Shown piece after piece: positions 24,934 to 37,800 of a stretch of DNA of 64,000 nt. The notes beneath the pieces were generated by a model. It was not told the origin of the DNA and ran no database searches. It saw nothing but the letters and a program-made list of their open reading frames with translations. A program made the translations under genes and the position numbers. The DNA is taken from the NCBI GenBank assembly GCA_905178155.1, contig CAJINV010000013.1, forward strand, positions 486,344 through 550,343, written 5' to 3'. Positions within the stretch are counted from its first letter, which is position 1. Every line of letters begins with the position of its first letter. Source of the stretch: Amoebophrya sp. A120 (Eukaryota; Protista; Dinoflagellata).

Positions 24934-27900
24934 CCTTTGCGGTTGAAAGACGTGACGATGCTGAAACTTCAGGGAAATCAGGCTCCAGTCGGGGGAAGAC
25001 CGCAGATGCAGCGTGTCAATCGGACCAGCAACTCGCGGAAGATTTGATGTCGATCGACTTTGATGATTTTTCCCAAGAAGCCTACGACAAGAAATACCGC
25101 GAAAGCTTACTGGGCGAATTCTTTGATAGAGCATGGCATACGAAAGCGAATCCCTATTCTGATAACCGCTTAGATCTCGAACGCGGTACCCTTATCACCT
25201 GGGATGGCGAAGAACACGCACAAACGCACCAGCACTCCGCGAACCGAAAGTCCAGTTGGGATACGGAAAGTTGTGGCGACGGCGGGTATCAGGAGTTATT
25301 TCAGAAAAAGAACTTCTACTGCAGCAATCTGGCGGATCCGGTCTGTTCGCTTGCTTGCAGCGACAAGCACGAGTACCTGGAAACGAGCGGCACGACTGGG
25401 TCCGACGGCGCACATAAAGCAGAAGCAGTGCCTGCGCAGATGGCCTTCTCCGGGGGCTTATCCACCTACGCGGGCCAGTTACATCAAGCGGAGAAAAGAA
25501 AAGCCGGAGACCGCCGGACAAGGACAGAGAGCAGCGGAACTACCTACATGTTTCACCACTGCCCGTCTATTCTCGACCCGAGGAACGGTTGGGGAATCGT
25601 AAGAACGGTGAAGCGCTGCCTTGAAGCTCTACTTGATGCGGTGGACAAAAACCGTATTTCGAAGCCCAAGACGATTTTCATTTTCGAAGACGACGCTGTG
25701 TGGCTCCCAAACTACCGGGCAGACGGTTCCTATTTCCGAGGACAAGAGCGCCCAACATCCGCATCGGTCGAGACAAAAATGCTGGACACGACGAGCTTAA
25801 AAGAAGCGGCTCGCGCAATTTCGGATGCCTGGCCAAAGGACACCGCCTTGGTCCTTCTGGCCGCCCAACAGCATGCTCGCGCCCCGCCGGTGCCAAGCGT
25901 GCTCGCGCTGGACTCGCCACGAGGCCTCACCGGCTACAAGCTTGCGCAAATCGATTTGGCAGACGGCGCCTATGCCTGGGCGATAAGGTTTGACGACATT
26001 TCTTCGTTCGTGGAGGAGGACTTGGGCGCTGAGCTGGAGCACGTCGGGGAAAGTCTGGCGATGGACCATGGTTGGTTCAGTTGGGCGAAAAAGTCTGGAC
26101 GCGTGGTTCGCGTCACGTGCCCACTTTTGGCTGGACATCGGGAAGCGTTCTCGCTGACGCACAACAACACACAAGGAGCATTGCTAAGTCGTGATTGCCC
26201 CCAAGAGCTGCTCATGCAGCCACGACGTGCTTCTTTCTTGGAGTCCGCAGACGATCTGGATCTGTCGTTGCACTCTGAAGTTGTTAGTGGAAGTGATGAA
26301 GATCAACAAGAACACGACGCAGAACAAGTTCTACTTGACGACGTTGACGAGGATAAAAGCAAGACTAGTTTAGCCGAACCTGGCCGCGACGAAAAGATGA
26401 AAGTGAAGAACCTGCATAAGAACCGCGGAGGACGTGCTTCCTCGACCGAAACGCTTCGCGAACGCACGAGTTCAGCATCGTCTCCGCGGAGAATAAAAAG
26501 TGAGAATTTGCTCGTGCCCTTTGACAAATGGGCCAGTACTTCTTCATCTTCTGCAGAGCCTCCCCACGGAAACGATCCATCAGGCGCCAACCCGACGGAC
26601 CGCGGTGATGACGTTCTGTTCATGGTGGTTGGGTTTGCCGAAAGCGACGCGAATGCTCCAGAAGACTCGAAGCATAAGCTAGAAACTTTTTTAATGTCCA
26701 ATGACTTTGCGAATGGCAGTGCTGAAAAAGAGCAACCTGGTACCACGGCGGGGACGAGAGATGACGCAGCTTCCGGTGCCGGCGACGACCGGACTGCGCG
26801 AAGACATGTTGATGTTGGAGTAAATGAATCCTTCGCAACACAGTCGGGGACGGACGAAGTAGACATGACGGAACCGGAGCAAAAGCATTCTTCTGCCCTC
26901 TTTTCCGTAAAACCCGCATACTTGGAAACGAGCGGGACGACGGGAATGGTTCAGGAAGAAAAACAACCAACTTCGTTTACCACCGTGCTAACTACAGAAG
27001 ACAAGCGGGACGGTATGCAGATGCACGTGCTCATTCTTTCCGCACGGGAAAACTTTGCGAAAAGACAAGTGATACGCGAGACATGGCTGAAGGCAAACTG
27101 GACAAGGAGCGAAGCAAACAACACCAGCAGGAGTCGTAGACCCTGGGCGCACTTCATTGTTGGCGCACAGGGCTGCGAAATCCCCCTCGCCGAGCGAATC
27201 GCTGGGGACTTGGCCGTCGGAGGCTACTGCACGCTGCGCGAAGATCATGATAGTAATCTCGAAAATGGAGTCAGTACTGCAGAGCAAGAAGCGTGGCTCC
27301 TGCAGCGTGAAAAGGAACAACACCTTACTGCAGCACTTCAGCAGGAGGAGAGCAAGTATCGCGACATGGTTCTCTTGCCGATGGTAGACGTGTACCATAA
27401 CATCACGATGAAAATGAAGCTTGCCTTTCAGTGGGTCACGTCCCAGGACTTCTCCGACAAACTGGAGTGGATTATTAAGGTGGATGACGACGCGTACATG
27501 CGACGTTTTTCGTTACTGCGTTTCCTTTTTCCGCATAAAGATGACCAAGTTCCGACGAAAGGGCTCGACCCCAAATCGGAAAAGATTCTTCTCGGACTTG
27601 TCCATCGGCGAGGAGCAGTGCAGCACGATCCAACGACGTCAAAGAATGTAGAGAAGGACTACCCCCACAACCATTATCCTCCTTTTGTGAGTGGGGCAGC
27701 TGGAGAAGTTTTCTCTCGGACGCTTGTGGACTATGTTGTTCACCATGAAGCCGAGCTGTTCAACTACGCAGGCGAAGACTATGCCTTTGGCATTTGGGCG
27801 GAAGAACAAATGATCCCTGGCGTGCGCGTCGTTCCAACCGTACAAAAATTTTCCAACGGAACAGAGCGGCAGCGCTGGTTTAAATACGGCAATAACTGCT

Positions 27901-28025
27901 GCGAGGACCCGGAGGTAGTGATTGGTGGCGACCTGACGGCTGAGCAGATCCGGGCCTGCGCTGAAAATGACGCAAGGCGGCCTAGTCTACTAATAGATAG
28001 TGGCAGCAATCAATGCTGCCACTAA
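24934..28025 (+). CDS. Glycosyltransferase region: GT25-like domain followed by a GT31 (beta-1,3-galactosyltransferase) domain
   Basis: IFIFEDDA...AYAWAI (GT25-like); ILSARENFAKRQVIRETW, DVYHNITMK, IKVDDDAY, YPPFVSG, EDYAFGIW (Galactosyl_T). It has no signal anchor of its own. Confidence 0.8.
25516..26815 (+). repeat. ~1.3-kb segmental duplication, copy 1 (GT25-like domain plus linker)
   Basis: Near-identical by eye to ~32594-33892 (AGGACAGAGAGCAGCGGAACTACCTACATG ... GACGACCGGACTGCGCGA). Confidence 0.95.
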
Positions 28026-29571
28026 AGATCTTCCTTAACAACTTCAGGAATGCAACGCCAATTAACAAACAGCTAGAAGTCGAGTGTATGTTGTTTATTT
28101 TGTCGATCATATTCATTTTGTTCCTGTTCGTTCCAGTGGCACCGGCACCATCGGCACCACTTTCGTTTCCACTGTAGAAAGATAGATTTGGATTGTCCAT
28201 CAGTCTCTCTCATTGTCTGTTTCTGAAAGAACACCGCCAGCTTCATACTGTACGATATGTTTTACATTCATATAATTGTAACAAATTGGACGAGAGGATT
28301 ATTGAAACGTTCGGTGATGATTAGCTATAGCTGCATAGTGCGGCTTGGTCACGACAACAGCTCCTGAGCAAGTAAATCAATACACTTCTTTTATTTATCT
28401 AGCGCCTTCGCTTGCTTCTTTCTCTATCCTAGCGCGGCGTCGCACCTTTGAGGTGCCTGCCTCCGGAAGTTCTTCGCGGCTAATTGATTGTGTTCGTTTC
28501 GTCGTCGTTGATGTTCTCTCTACTCTCTCCTTTTTCATGCTCGGAAAATCGAGAAGCGGTGCTCGTCAAGCGCGAAAAGCAGCCTTGCGTGGTGTTTCTC
28601 GCTTACTAAGCAGCCTCGTACTGAAAGGAAGAAGTGTTGACGTCGGTCCTCTCGTACCGTGCGTTTTTATCGTTGACGCGATCCGGTGGTGCTCGGTTGG
28701 GAGTTCATTGTATTCTATACGATCGATCATGGCAGAAGGCAGAACAAATGCAACAGTGGAATTATGTTCCAGGAAAGAGATGAAGGTAAACTACTTTACA
28801 CGGTTTTCCATCACGAAGACCGGGCTCTACTATGAATAAACTTCCTCGCAAGATCCAACTCGTATTGCATTTGCAAAAGCAAGACCGAATAGTCTATCAC
28901 GACCTCTCTACCAGCCTAGACAGCTCTGAATTACAATGGTCCGCTTCTTAAAAGTTCGGCTCGGTCGTGTTCCATTTCTTCGTCTCAGTAGAGCATATCA
29001 CTCATGTCGCGGAAAGTCCTCAGGGTGGACATCCCTGGATAGGTATCGTGTTACGTACTCGAATATCTTCGTGTAGTTGCAGGATCGTAGTTGACAACCA
29101 CTTCACCTATTGGAGTCGTTGTTCTCATCGTGTCAAGTTATGCTCCACTTTTATTTCGCGCTTCTTCTCTCGTTCTCTCTCTCACGAGGAGTAGGAGAAC
29201 AACCTATGAATTCGTCGAATTTATTGTATTCGTTAGTTATTTCTTTTCGCTGTGGTCGGATCGGGAACGGGTGCCAGACCATGTCGTGATAAAGAACGCT
29301 GAATTTGTAACGAAGTAGTTTACCTATCACTATGTATCGCGGTGAGCATCCATGCAGTTTTGTAGAAGCCACCTTGCGGCCGTACGTCGCGACCGTACTT
29401 AGGTCTTTGTTTCGTGATGTGGTTCCTCTTTCAATTCGTTTGCTAAAGGCTCAGTGTCGAGTTTTCTGTGTTTTTTTTTGGGACAGTAGGTGGCCGTGTA
29501 AATAATAACGGGAAGTTGTGTTGAATTTGGAAAAACAAAAACATCAAAAATAAACTCCGCAAACAAGAAGA

Positions 29572-32500
29572 ATGTTTTTCTCCAACGGCGATTTTCGCTA
29601 TCACTGGCCGCAGTTTGGCTCTGCTGTGCTCCCAACTGGTGGCAGCCTTGGCTGGGTCACCGACCTGCCAGTTTTCCCTCCCCTGGCCATTGTTGTTGGA
29701 GGAGGCGGCTTGCTGGCAATCCTTGTACTATGGTTGGCGTTCACGCACTTTGGCACCAGCAGAAGTCGGAAAAACGGGCCATCCGACGTTCGTTTGATGT
29801 CCTCAACAGCGTCAGTTTTCTGTCACACGACGATCATCGCAGACGATGCAGCGGAGAAGCGGAAGCCGCAACCACTACGACTTGATGAAACTACTCGCGC
29901 GGACCGACCGGCTGCGACGTTGCAGCGGAACCTGAATCGGTCGGTTACGACTGGACGATCCCCAAATGCTGCTCGAAGCTGGAAGGCCATTCGCGATTTT
30001 TTCACTCGCACCTCGTCCCCAAATCACGCGTCACATGGTACAAAAACGAACAACTTCTGTGAAATGAGCGATGATCTGCGATATGATGGCAAAAACTGGA
30101 AACCATGCGATTTCACGTTTGGGTTTCCTCACGGCTGTCCGTCTTTCTGCAGCACTTTTCTGTCAACTGTTTTACTGCTGGTTCTGGTCGTGATCTTGGG
30201 AACAACAGCCGCGGATTTTCTCATGCACATGATGAGCGGACCCGGACCAGTTAGCGAAGACAAGGTGTGGACGTGGGTGCCGGAACCTGTGTCGCAGACG
30301 AGAGGAGCCCGCGCGCCCAGAACTACTACCGGCAGCAGAATGGTCTTGCGTCCCCCAACATCAAATCAGACAAGGAAGCAAGGAGCAGCTGCTCGTCACG
30401 GAGACTACGGCGGAGGCCCGCAAATTACAACTATGCCACATAGACCAAGCGTGCAGCAGCTGCAGGCGGACCGAGCAAACACAGTTGGCACCGGATTGTC
30501 CTCTCCTAGTTCTGCCGTGTTCGTGAACGAGCGCCACGATGATGAGACCGGGCTAAGACCTGTCGCTTCTAACACATTGCAAGTGACAACTAGTGGTCCC
30601 TTCTTCTTGAGCAATGATGTCAACGACGACACAAATCTACTGAGCGACTTTGTGGAGCATTTTTCACCGCCGGCGGGAACAAGTAGTGTTCAACATCGAG
30701 CAGGAGGGTTGCTGCAGCTTGGTAGTAGTACGGTGGGGACGGCGGAAGACGGAGCTCCTGGTACCGGCAACAAACGCACTCACGATGTCAAGATCATCCA
30801 AGATGAAACGGGGCTTTCGCAGGTCCCGGGCGGGGGCGACTTTAACGACTTCTTTTGGAAGACCGAGTGGCCTTCCACGTTGGCAGACAAGGATGCCATG
30901 GTGCCGCAGTTGCGAAAGTTCGTGTTGCAAGAACCAGTTGGAGACTTCACAACCAATCAGCCCCTGGCAGCGATCACCAAGGCAGACTGCACCAAAACGG
31001 AGCAGCTCCGGCAAGTTTTTGACGAAGAACTCATCGAAACGCCACGCACCATTGTGGATTTTACGTTTTTCGGTGCGGCCAGTCGTGATGCCCTGGAGGT
31101 TAGAATGCAGGAGCTAAAAGATCAAGTGGACTTGTTCGTGGTAGCGGAAGCTAACTACGACCATCACGGAAGCAAAGTTCCAAATGACCTCTGGGAAACC
31201 GTTTTAAAAAAGCAGAAGGTCTTTCGCGAGTTTTCCAGTGTCACGGATCGCGTGCTGCATTTGCCAGTTGAGCTGACGTCGTCGAAGGCAGATGACGAGT
31301 CTTCGTCTGATCTCCTGAGCGCCCAAGGCACGAATTGGAATTTCGAATTCGAGACCACGGCACAAGCTTCAAAGCGACTGCACTCAGAGTTGCAGCGAAG
31401 ATGGTTTGCGTCAGATGGCCATGGCCAACACCTGTTGGCAAATCCTACGACCGAGTCGTGGGCCCTTGTCGTGTTGGTAGCTCACACAGACGAAACTCCA
31501 TCGCGCACTTCTGTGCAGCTTGTGCGGCACTGCAAGTTCAAGGGCGAATCTGTCGATCAGCATTTCCCCTTACACACGGCTTCTCTGATGGTCCAAAATG
31601 TGATCAAACTGGCGTACAAGAGCTATGCTCCGGCTACTGGCAAACATCCGTACGAGATATCGACACCCAACTTCGTACTCTTTCATCCGGAAATGCCCAA
31701 CGGACAAGGCGGAGAAGGAGGTGTTGATGAACTGGACACCTTCGCGCGGCAATCGGAGCTGCCTGACTCGTATCAAGCGCAAATATTTCTGGGTCAGGAG
31801 GATTGAAGAAGTTTGTCATGCCGATTGTACATGTTGACTCGTGGTGCTGCCGGTGATGCATGCTCCAGCATCACAGCTTTCGCGAAAGCTTGCTCATGCC
31901 TATCCTGCATGACAACTGCCTTTTCCGGATGGCAAAAATTTGCTGCTTTATGCAATACAGGTTCTCGTATGTTGACCGAATTCGAAAGCTAGGATTATAA
32001 ATCCGATCCTCTCCAGACCCAGATATATTTGCAATGCATAGCGCGAGGATCATTTTCGGCGGGGCGCACATGACGGGTTATCCGTTTCTCCCTTCGGTAT
32101 TCATCAAGGAGTTACAGTGCACGGAATGTGATGGAACGGCCCATGGCATCTGGCAGAAGCTGCATGTCGAAATTGCCAACACGTGCGCTACGATTCACGG
32201 CAAAAGCAACGCGGCGTCCGAGTTGGAGGCCATCGCCAAGGTGATTTCTGACGAAAATTTCAAGAAAACTGAAGGTAACTGGAAGGGCAGATTTGGTGAG
32301 CCTCAGAAATTGATCCAAGCAGATTCCGTGTACGCGGAGATCTTTCAGCTGCCGGAGTATTTCCAAGCGAATAAGCACCGTTTTCCCGCCTGGTTTGGTA
32401 AACGGCAAGACCCACGGGCAACAATTTTGTGTCCGTCTCTCACGGGTACCAGCCAGCAGTCGGCCGCTGCGTCTTCGAGAACGGAGTTGGATGTTGGCGA

Positions 32501-33812
32501 AAGTGAATCGTTTGCACAGGCGGGCACGGATGCAGTCGACATGACGGGGCCGGAGCAAGAGCCTTCGTCTCCCTACTTTTCCGTGAAACCCGCAAGGACA
32601 GAGAGCAGCGGAACTACCTACATGTTTCACCACTGCCCGTCTATCCTCGACCCGAGGCAGGGTTGGGGAATCGTGCGAACGGTGAAGCGCTGCCTTGAAG
32701 CCCTACTGGATGCGGTAAAGAAAAATCGTATGTCGAAGCCCAAAACGATTTTCATTTTCGAAGACGACGCTGTGTGGCTCCCAAACTACCGGGCAGACGG
32801 TTCCTATTTGCGAGGACAAGAGCGCCCAACATCCGCATCGGTCGAGACAAAAATGCTGGACACGACGAGCTTAAAGGAAGCGGCTCGCGCAATTTCGGAT
32901 GCCTGGCCAAAGGACACCGCCTTGGTCCTTCTGGCCGCCCAACAGCATGTTCGCGCCCCGCCGGTGCCAAGCGTGCTCGCGCTGGACTCGCCACGAGGCC
33001 TCATCGGCTACAAGCTTGCGCAAATCGATTGGGCAGACGGTTCCTATGCCTGGGCGATAAGGTTTGACGACATTTCTTCGTTCGTGGAGGAGGAGTTGGG
33101 CGTTGAGCTGGAGAAGGTCGGGGGAAGTCTGTATATGGACCATGATTGGTTCAGTTGGTCGAAAAAGTCTGGACGCGTGGTTCGCGTCACGTGCCCACTT
33201 TTGGCTGGACATCGGAAAGCGTTCTCGCTGACGCACAACAACACACAAGGAGCATTGCTAAGTCGTGATTGCCCCCAAGAGCTGCTCATGCAGCCACGAC
33301 GTGCTTCTTCCGTGGAGTCCGCAGACGATCTGGATCTGTCGTTGCACTCTGAAGTTGTTAGTGGAAGTGATGAAGATCAACAAGAACACGACGCAGAACA
33401 AGTTCTACTTGACGACGTTGACGAGGACAAAAGCAAGACTAGTTTAGCTGAACCTGGCCGCGATGAAAAGATGAAAGTGAAGAACCTGCATAAGAACCGC
33501 GGAGGACGTGCTTCCTCGACCGAAACGCTTCGCGAAAGCACGAGTTCAGCATCGTCTCCGCGGAGAATAAAAAGTGAGAATTTGCTCGTGCCCTTTGACA
33601 AGTGGGCCAGTACTTCTTCATCTTCTGCAGAGCCTCCCCACGGAAACAATCCATCAGGCGCCAACCCGACGGACCGAGATGATGACGTTCTGTTCATGGT
33701 GGTTGGTTTTGCCGAAAGCGACGCGAATGCTCCAGAAGACTCGAAGCATAAGCTAGAAACTTTTTTGGTGTCCAATGACTTTGGAAATGGCAGTGGTGAA
33801 AAAGAGAAATAA
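29572..33812 (+). CDS. Membrane glycosyltransferase: GT17 (MGAT3-like) domain plus GT25-like domain. Exons ~29572-31770 and ~32046-33812
   Basis: IVDFTFFG...LEVRMQELKDQVDLFVVAEANYDHHG is GT17-like and continues across the element as IFGGAHMT. The second domain is the duplicated EDDA module; TM segments lie near the N-terminus. Confidence 0.75.
31771..32040. mobile_element. Introner family A copy in the GT17 domain
   Basis: TAT...ATA; TIR GCAAATATTTCTGGGTCAGGAG / CTCCAGACCCAGATATATTTGC; degenerate flanks ACTCG / GCGCG. Removal restores the frame. Confidence 0.88.
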
Positions 33813-33892
33813 CCTGGTACTACGGCGGGGACGGGAGATGACGCACCTCCTGGTTCTGGCGACGACCGGACTGCGCGAGGAGATGTGGATGT
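32594..33892 (+). repeat. ~1.3-kb segmental duplication, copy 2
   Basis: Near-identical to 25516-26815, but carries TAA (33810-12) where copy 1 has CAA. Confidence 0.95.
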
Positions 33893-34888
33893 GGACCAGA
33901 GCAATTTTTAGTGCTGCCAATGAACTATGATGAGCGGAGCAAAGACCGCAAGCGCAACCGCCTTCCGGTAGAAGTTTTGTACGTTGTTTGGGCGAGGACC
34001 AGGCCCGTGCTTTAGTAGCACCGCCACGAATCTTGTCTGGTTCATCTGAATAAACGCCACCAGCTTCGTACTGTATGATATGTTTTGTTTCATTAATAAT
34101 GTAGATCGAGATCCATGGGTGATTAGTGAGCACGTCATCAGTAAGTTCGTTGAAGCTAACCAGCACAAGGCAGCTGGGTCACGGAACCAGCTGCGTAAAG
34201 TGGCAAAGCTTGTTCGTGGATGTGCTTATCTTGCTTCCCCTTCTTTTTCTCTTGCAGCGTATGCTGTACTGCACGTGCCAGGAGAGCTGCTGTTGGGGTG
34301 GAGCGCGTAGTAATGATCTTCACCAGTGAGCGACCTGAAACGCAAAATTGTCGTACTTAAAACGCAACTAAAACCCCCTGACAAGACGTACAAACACTGC
34401 TAGCTTTTGTAAATTCCTGTGGTTGCTGTTGAAGTACTTCTACTTCGTACTTAGTCTGATTCACATTCATCCTTCATAACGATAAGTTGAATCGTGTCAG
34501 TGGTCTCACGGCTACTTCCAAGAGATGCTGAAACCAGTAGAAATGTAGAGATGTTGTGCTGGAGGTTCCTGCGAAGGCAACAAGAGTAGGCACAAGCGGA
34601 AGTTGATAGAAGTTGCAGACCTCCAGGGTCATCTCATAAACTGTCCTAGCTACAGGGTCAACTTCAAATGAATTCCTCGAAGTACTAGTAGCTACGCAAA
34701 GAGAAGCTTTTGCGCCCGATAAAGCGAATCTAAGTGGTAACAACATACGTCGTAATCGTTCGTTCTCACTTGCTTTTTCAAGCGCCAACCCGCCGCGCCC
34801 GCGCTCGTCCATCCGGCATACAGCGTTCATCCATCAAGAGGCCTGAATATTGATTCTTCGTTCATCGGGCTGCACCGCACGACACACG

Positions 34889-37800
34889 ATGGGAAAGTCC
34901 AAGAAGAAAAACAGTGTGAACCACAAGGCAGGAAACCCGTCGAACGGAGGTGGCGCAGCCAACACGACATCGCCAGTGGTCGAGCCTGATGTGGCGGTTA
35001 TCACACAATAGAAAAGGTGCAGATAGTACAGCGCATCTGGCCTGCTTCTCACCATGGCGTGATAGGAAGAACTAGAAGATAGAAGTTTTGTCTGGGAATC
35101 AGTAAATATCATCTTCAGATCTCCTGTGTAGGAAGCTAGGTAGATATTACCGGATCGCAAGTAACGAGCGGATTCCACTGATAGAAGCCGCCGGGGTTTG
35201 GCTAGTAAATATGTATGCGAAAGAACAGCGCTCTTCGTCGCAAACGCCTCGGCAGGATCCCCTTTCCCCGCTGGTGCAGAATAAATGATGATGATGCATG
35301 AACGCAAGGTGACAGCACTAGACTAGATCATACCGAGCAGATCATTTTGATGTGTATGACGCACTTGTTATTTTCTGTTTCATCGGCTAGCAAGCTGGTA
35401 CTAGTACAGCCGAGGAGGAGGAGACAACCGTGGAGTTCGAGAACGCTGGCCAAAAAACCGGAATCGAGGTATGGCGCATCGAGCAAATGAAAGCAGTATG
35501 GAAAAGAGAAAATTTCGTTCAGCAAAGCGTTGTCTTGAGCTCCGCATTGATCATTACTAAGTATGACTACACCAACATCCAGTCTGGCGGTTTGGTTTTC
35601 ACGGATGAAGTGATGCTGAAACAAAAACGAAGTTGTAGTGATGCGATCTTCAGGAGAGAGCCAGAAAAAGAACGCTTTGAACATGAACATTTCTCTTTCA
35701 CATCCCGTCCCGTGGACCGACTTTGGGCAGTTTTATTCTGGCGACAGCTACCTCGTTTTGCACACGATCGCGGTGAAGAAAAAGTACGCTCACATCTTGC
35801 AACCAAAATCATTCATCGAATCTGTGACGATTCTGGACGCATAATGACAAAAAGGCAGGAGAAAAGTTTGATTATTTTTCCCCCGACAGAGCAATACTGC
35901 GCGAAAACTTAAACTTCCAGGTATGATCTCTACTACTGGCTCGGGAAGGACTCTTCGGTCGACGAGAAAGGCGCAGCGGCCCTGAAAACGGTATATGAAC
36001 TGCAAAAGTATCGTACTCGTATAATTACAAATTTCCTCAGCATGAGACATAAAATTTGTCTTGCGGATATGCCTTAAGATAAAAATTTGTAATGCATGAT
36101 TCCAATACGAGTAGGATACTTTTGCACAGGATACGGTAGAGCTCGACACCAAACTGGGAGACTTACCCGTGCTATCAAATGTAAAAATGTCTGCGTCTGG
36201 AAGAGTCATGCTGTTTTTGCATGACACAGAAGGGCCGGCATGGAAGCTCTAGCATCACAGGTTTCGAGAAGCTTCCGCAATGCCGAATCCGCATGACAAG
36301 TCCCCCACTTTGGTGACAGAAAGTGGGCAGCTTTTGCTACCTATGCTTGAGAGATTTTTCTGTGTTCGGAAATACGCATCACAAGTTTGGATGTTCCAGA
36401 CCCAGACATTTTTACATTTGATACGTGCAGTACCGAGAATGCGAAAACTACGAGTCGGGGCCGTTTTTGGCGCTGTGGAAAGCCTACGGCGGCATTCGCT
36501 ATCTGCAGGGTGGAGCGGACTCCGCGTTTCGACACGTAGAGGCAACTATGCACTTGAACACTTCTAGTGGGTTCTTTGGTGTGTCTCCACGACAATCAGG
36601 CACTGGTTCCTTAATAGCACAGGCGAAATTGAAAGTGAGGTGTTTTGTCCTGGTGCGATAGACAGGAACGACATGATGAGACTGCATGTCTGTGGTGACC
36701 GAAAGACGGACACGCGATTATGAGCGAGTCAATTGTTCCGTATTCTCGTTATAACCTGCTTACGCATTTGCTTGCCATGAAAACATGCAGGACTACTAGA
36801 AATAAGTACCACCAGAGCCAGAGGACACATCAAAGAAGCGCTGTTTTCCCGCGATAGTGACCGTTTACGAGAGCCGGTTGCTGCACGTACTGAAGTGCTT
36901 TTTTGTTTTCTGTGCATCTTCGGGTGAACTTGGTTCCTCGAGTGCTTGGGTAGCATGAATAATTCCTCTATCATTTTGCCATCCGCGATAACTGTGTACA
37001 GAATACAGAACCACAGGTGAAAGGCAAGCGGCTTTGCCGAGTGACGCAGGTGGACAAATCGATAAAGTCGATGAACCAGGGTGACGCTATAAGAAAAGTG
37101 ACCACGACGACACTATTCGTGCTGGCCTCCAGGGGAAGATGTGAATTTGTTGCAGTTTCTGCATGAGATGAAATGAACGTCCGGTCATGAAGATGTGGCG
37201 CTCAGGACTTCAGAAAATAACAAACGAAAGACCACGACCCGTTAAGTACGCTTACGCCGTATTACTGCAAGGCAAATTTTTATCCACGCCAATGCATGCC
37301 GGCACGTGAGGTGATCACTTTTCCTATCCACGCCTCTTCGTTTTGGACGCCGGATTGAAGATTTTTGTATACTGTATACACGGAAAGACGTTTTGGGTGA
37401 CGGAAGTAGTGCGGTGCGGTTTATCGATGTCATCGTGTTTGCAATAATGCCTCCTTCTCCACCTGCTCCAGCTGATGTCATCCCATCGAGAAAGGTTTGA
37501 AATGCTGTCCATCCGAGATATCATGTTTGATTTCTGCATGACAACCGACGAGAAGAAAAGAATCTGGCGAAATTATCTCTCTTGACCCACAACTTTCCCT
37601 CCATAAGCCGCGGCAAGGAGTGCAACAAGTATGAATCGCAAAAGGCGTTTGAAATCGCCCGCGTGCTGAAGATATCAACTGTAAAAATGTCTGGGTCTGG
37701 AAGATTCTGAGACTTGTCATGCACGTGTTGCATGAGCCATGATGTCTGTGATGCATGCCCTACCATCACAGATTTTTTGCGGGGTTCTTGATGCCAATTC

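Noticed and set aside
36169-36430. In-frame GT-AG alternative for the 36173 element
   Set aside because: It would delete Val-Gln from the conserved gelsolin PVQxRE motif; disfavoured but not excluded without cDNA.
36661-36720. Micro-exon between two smaller elements inside 36547-36856
   Set aside because: Phases do not match and the gelsolin alignment needs no extra residues.
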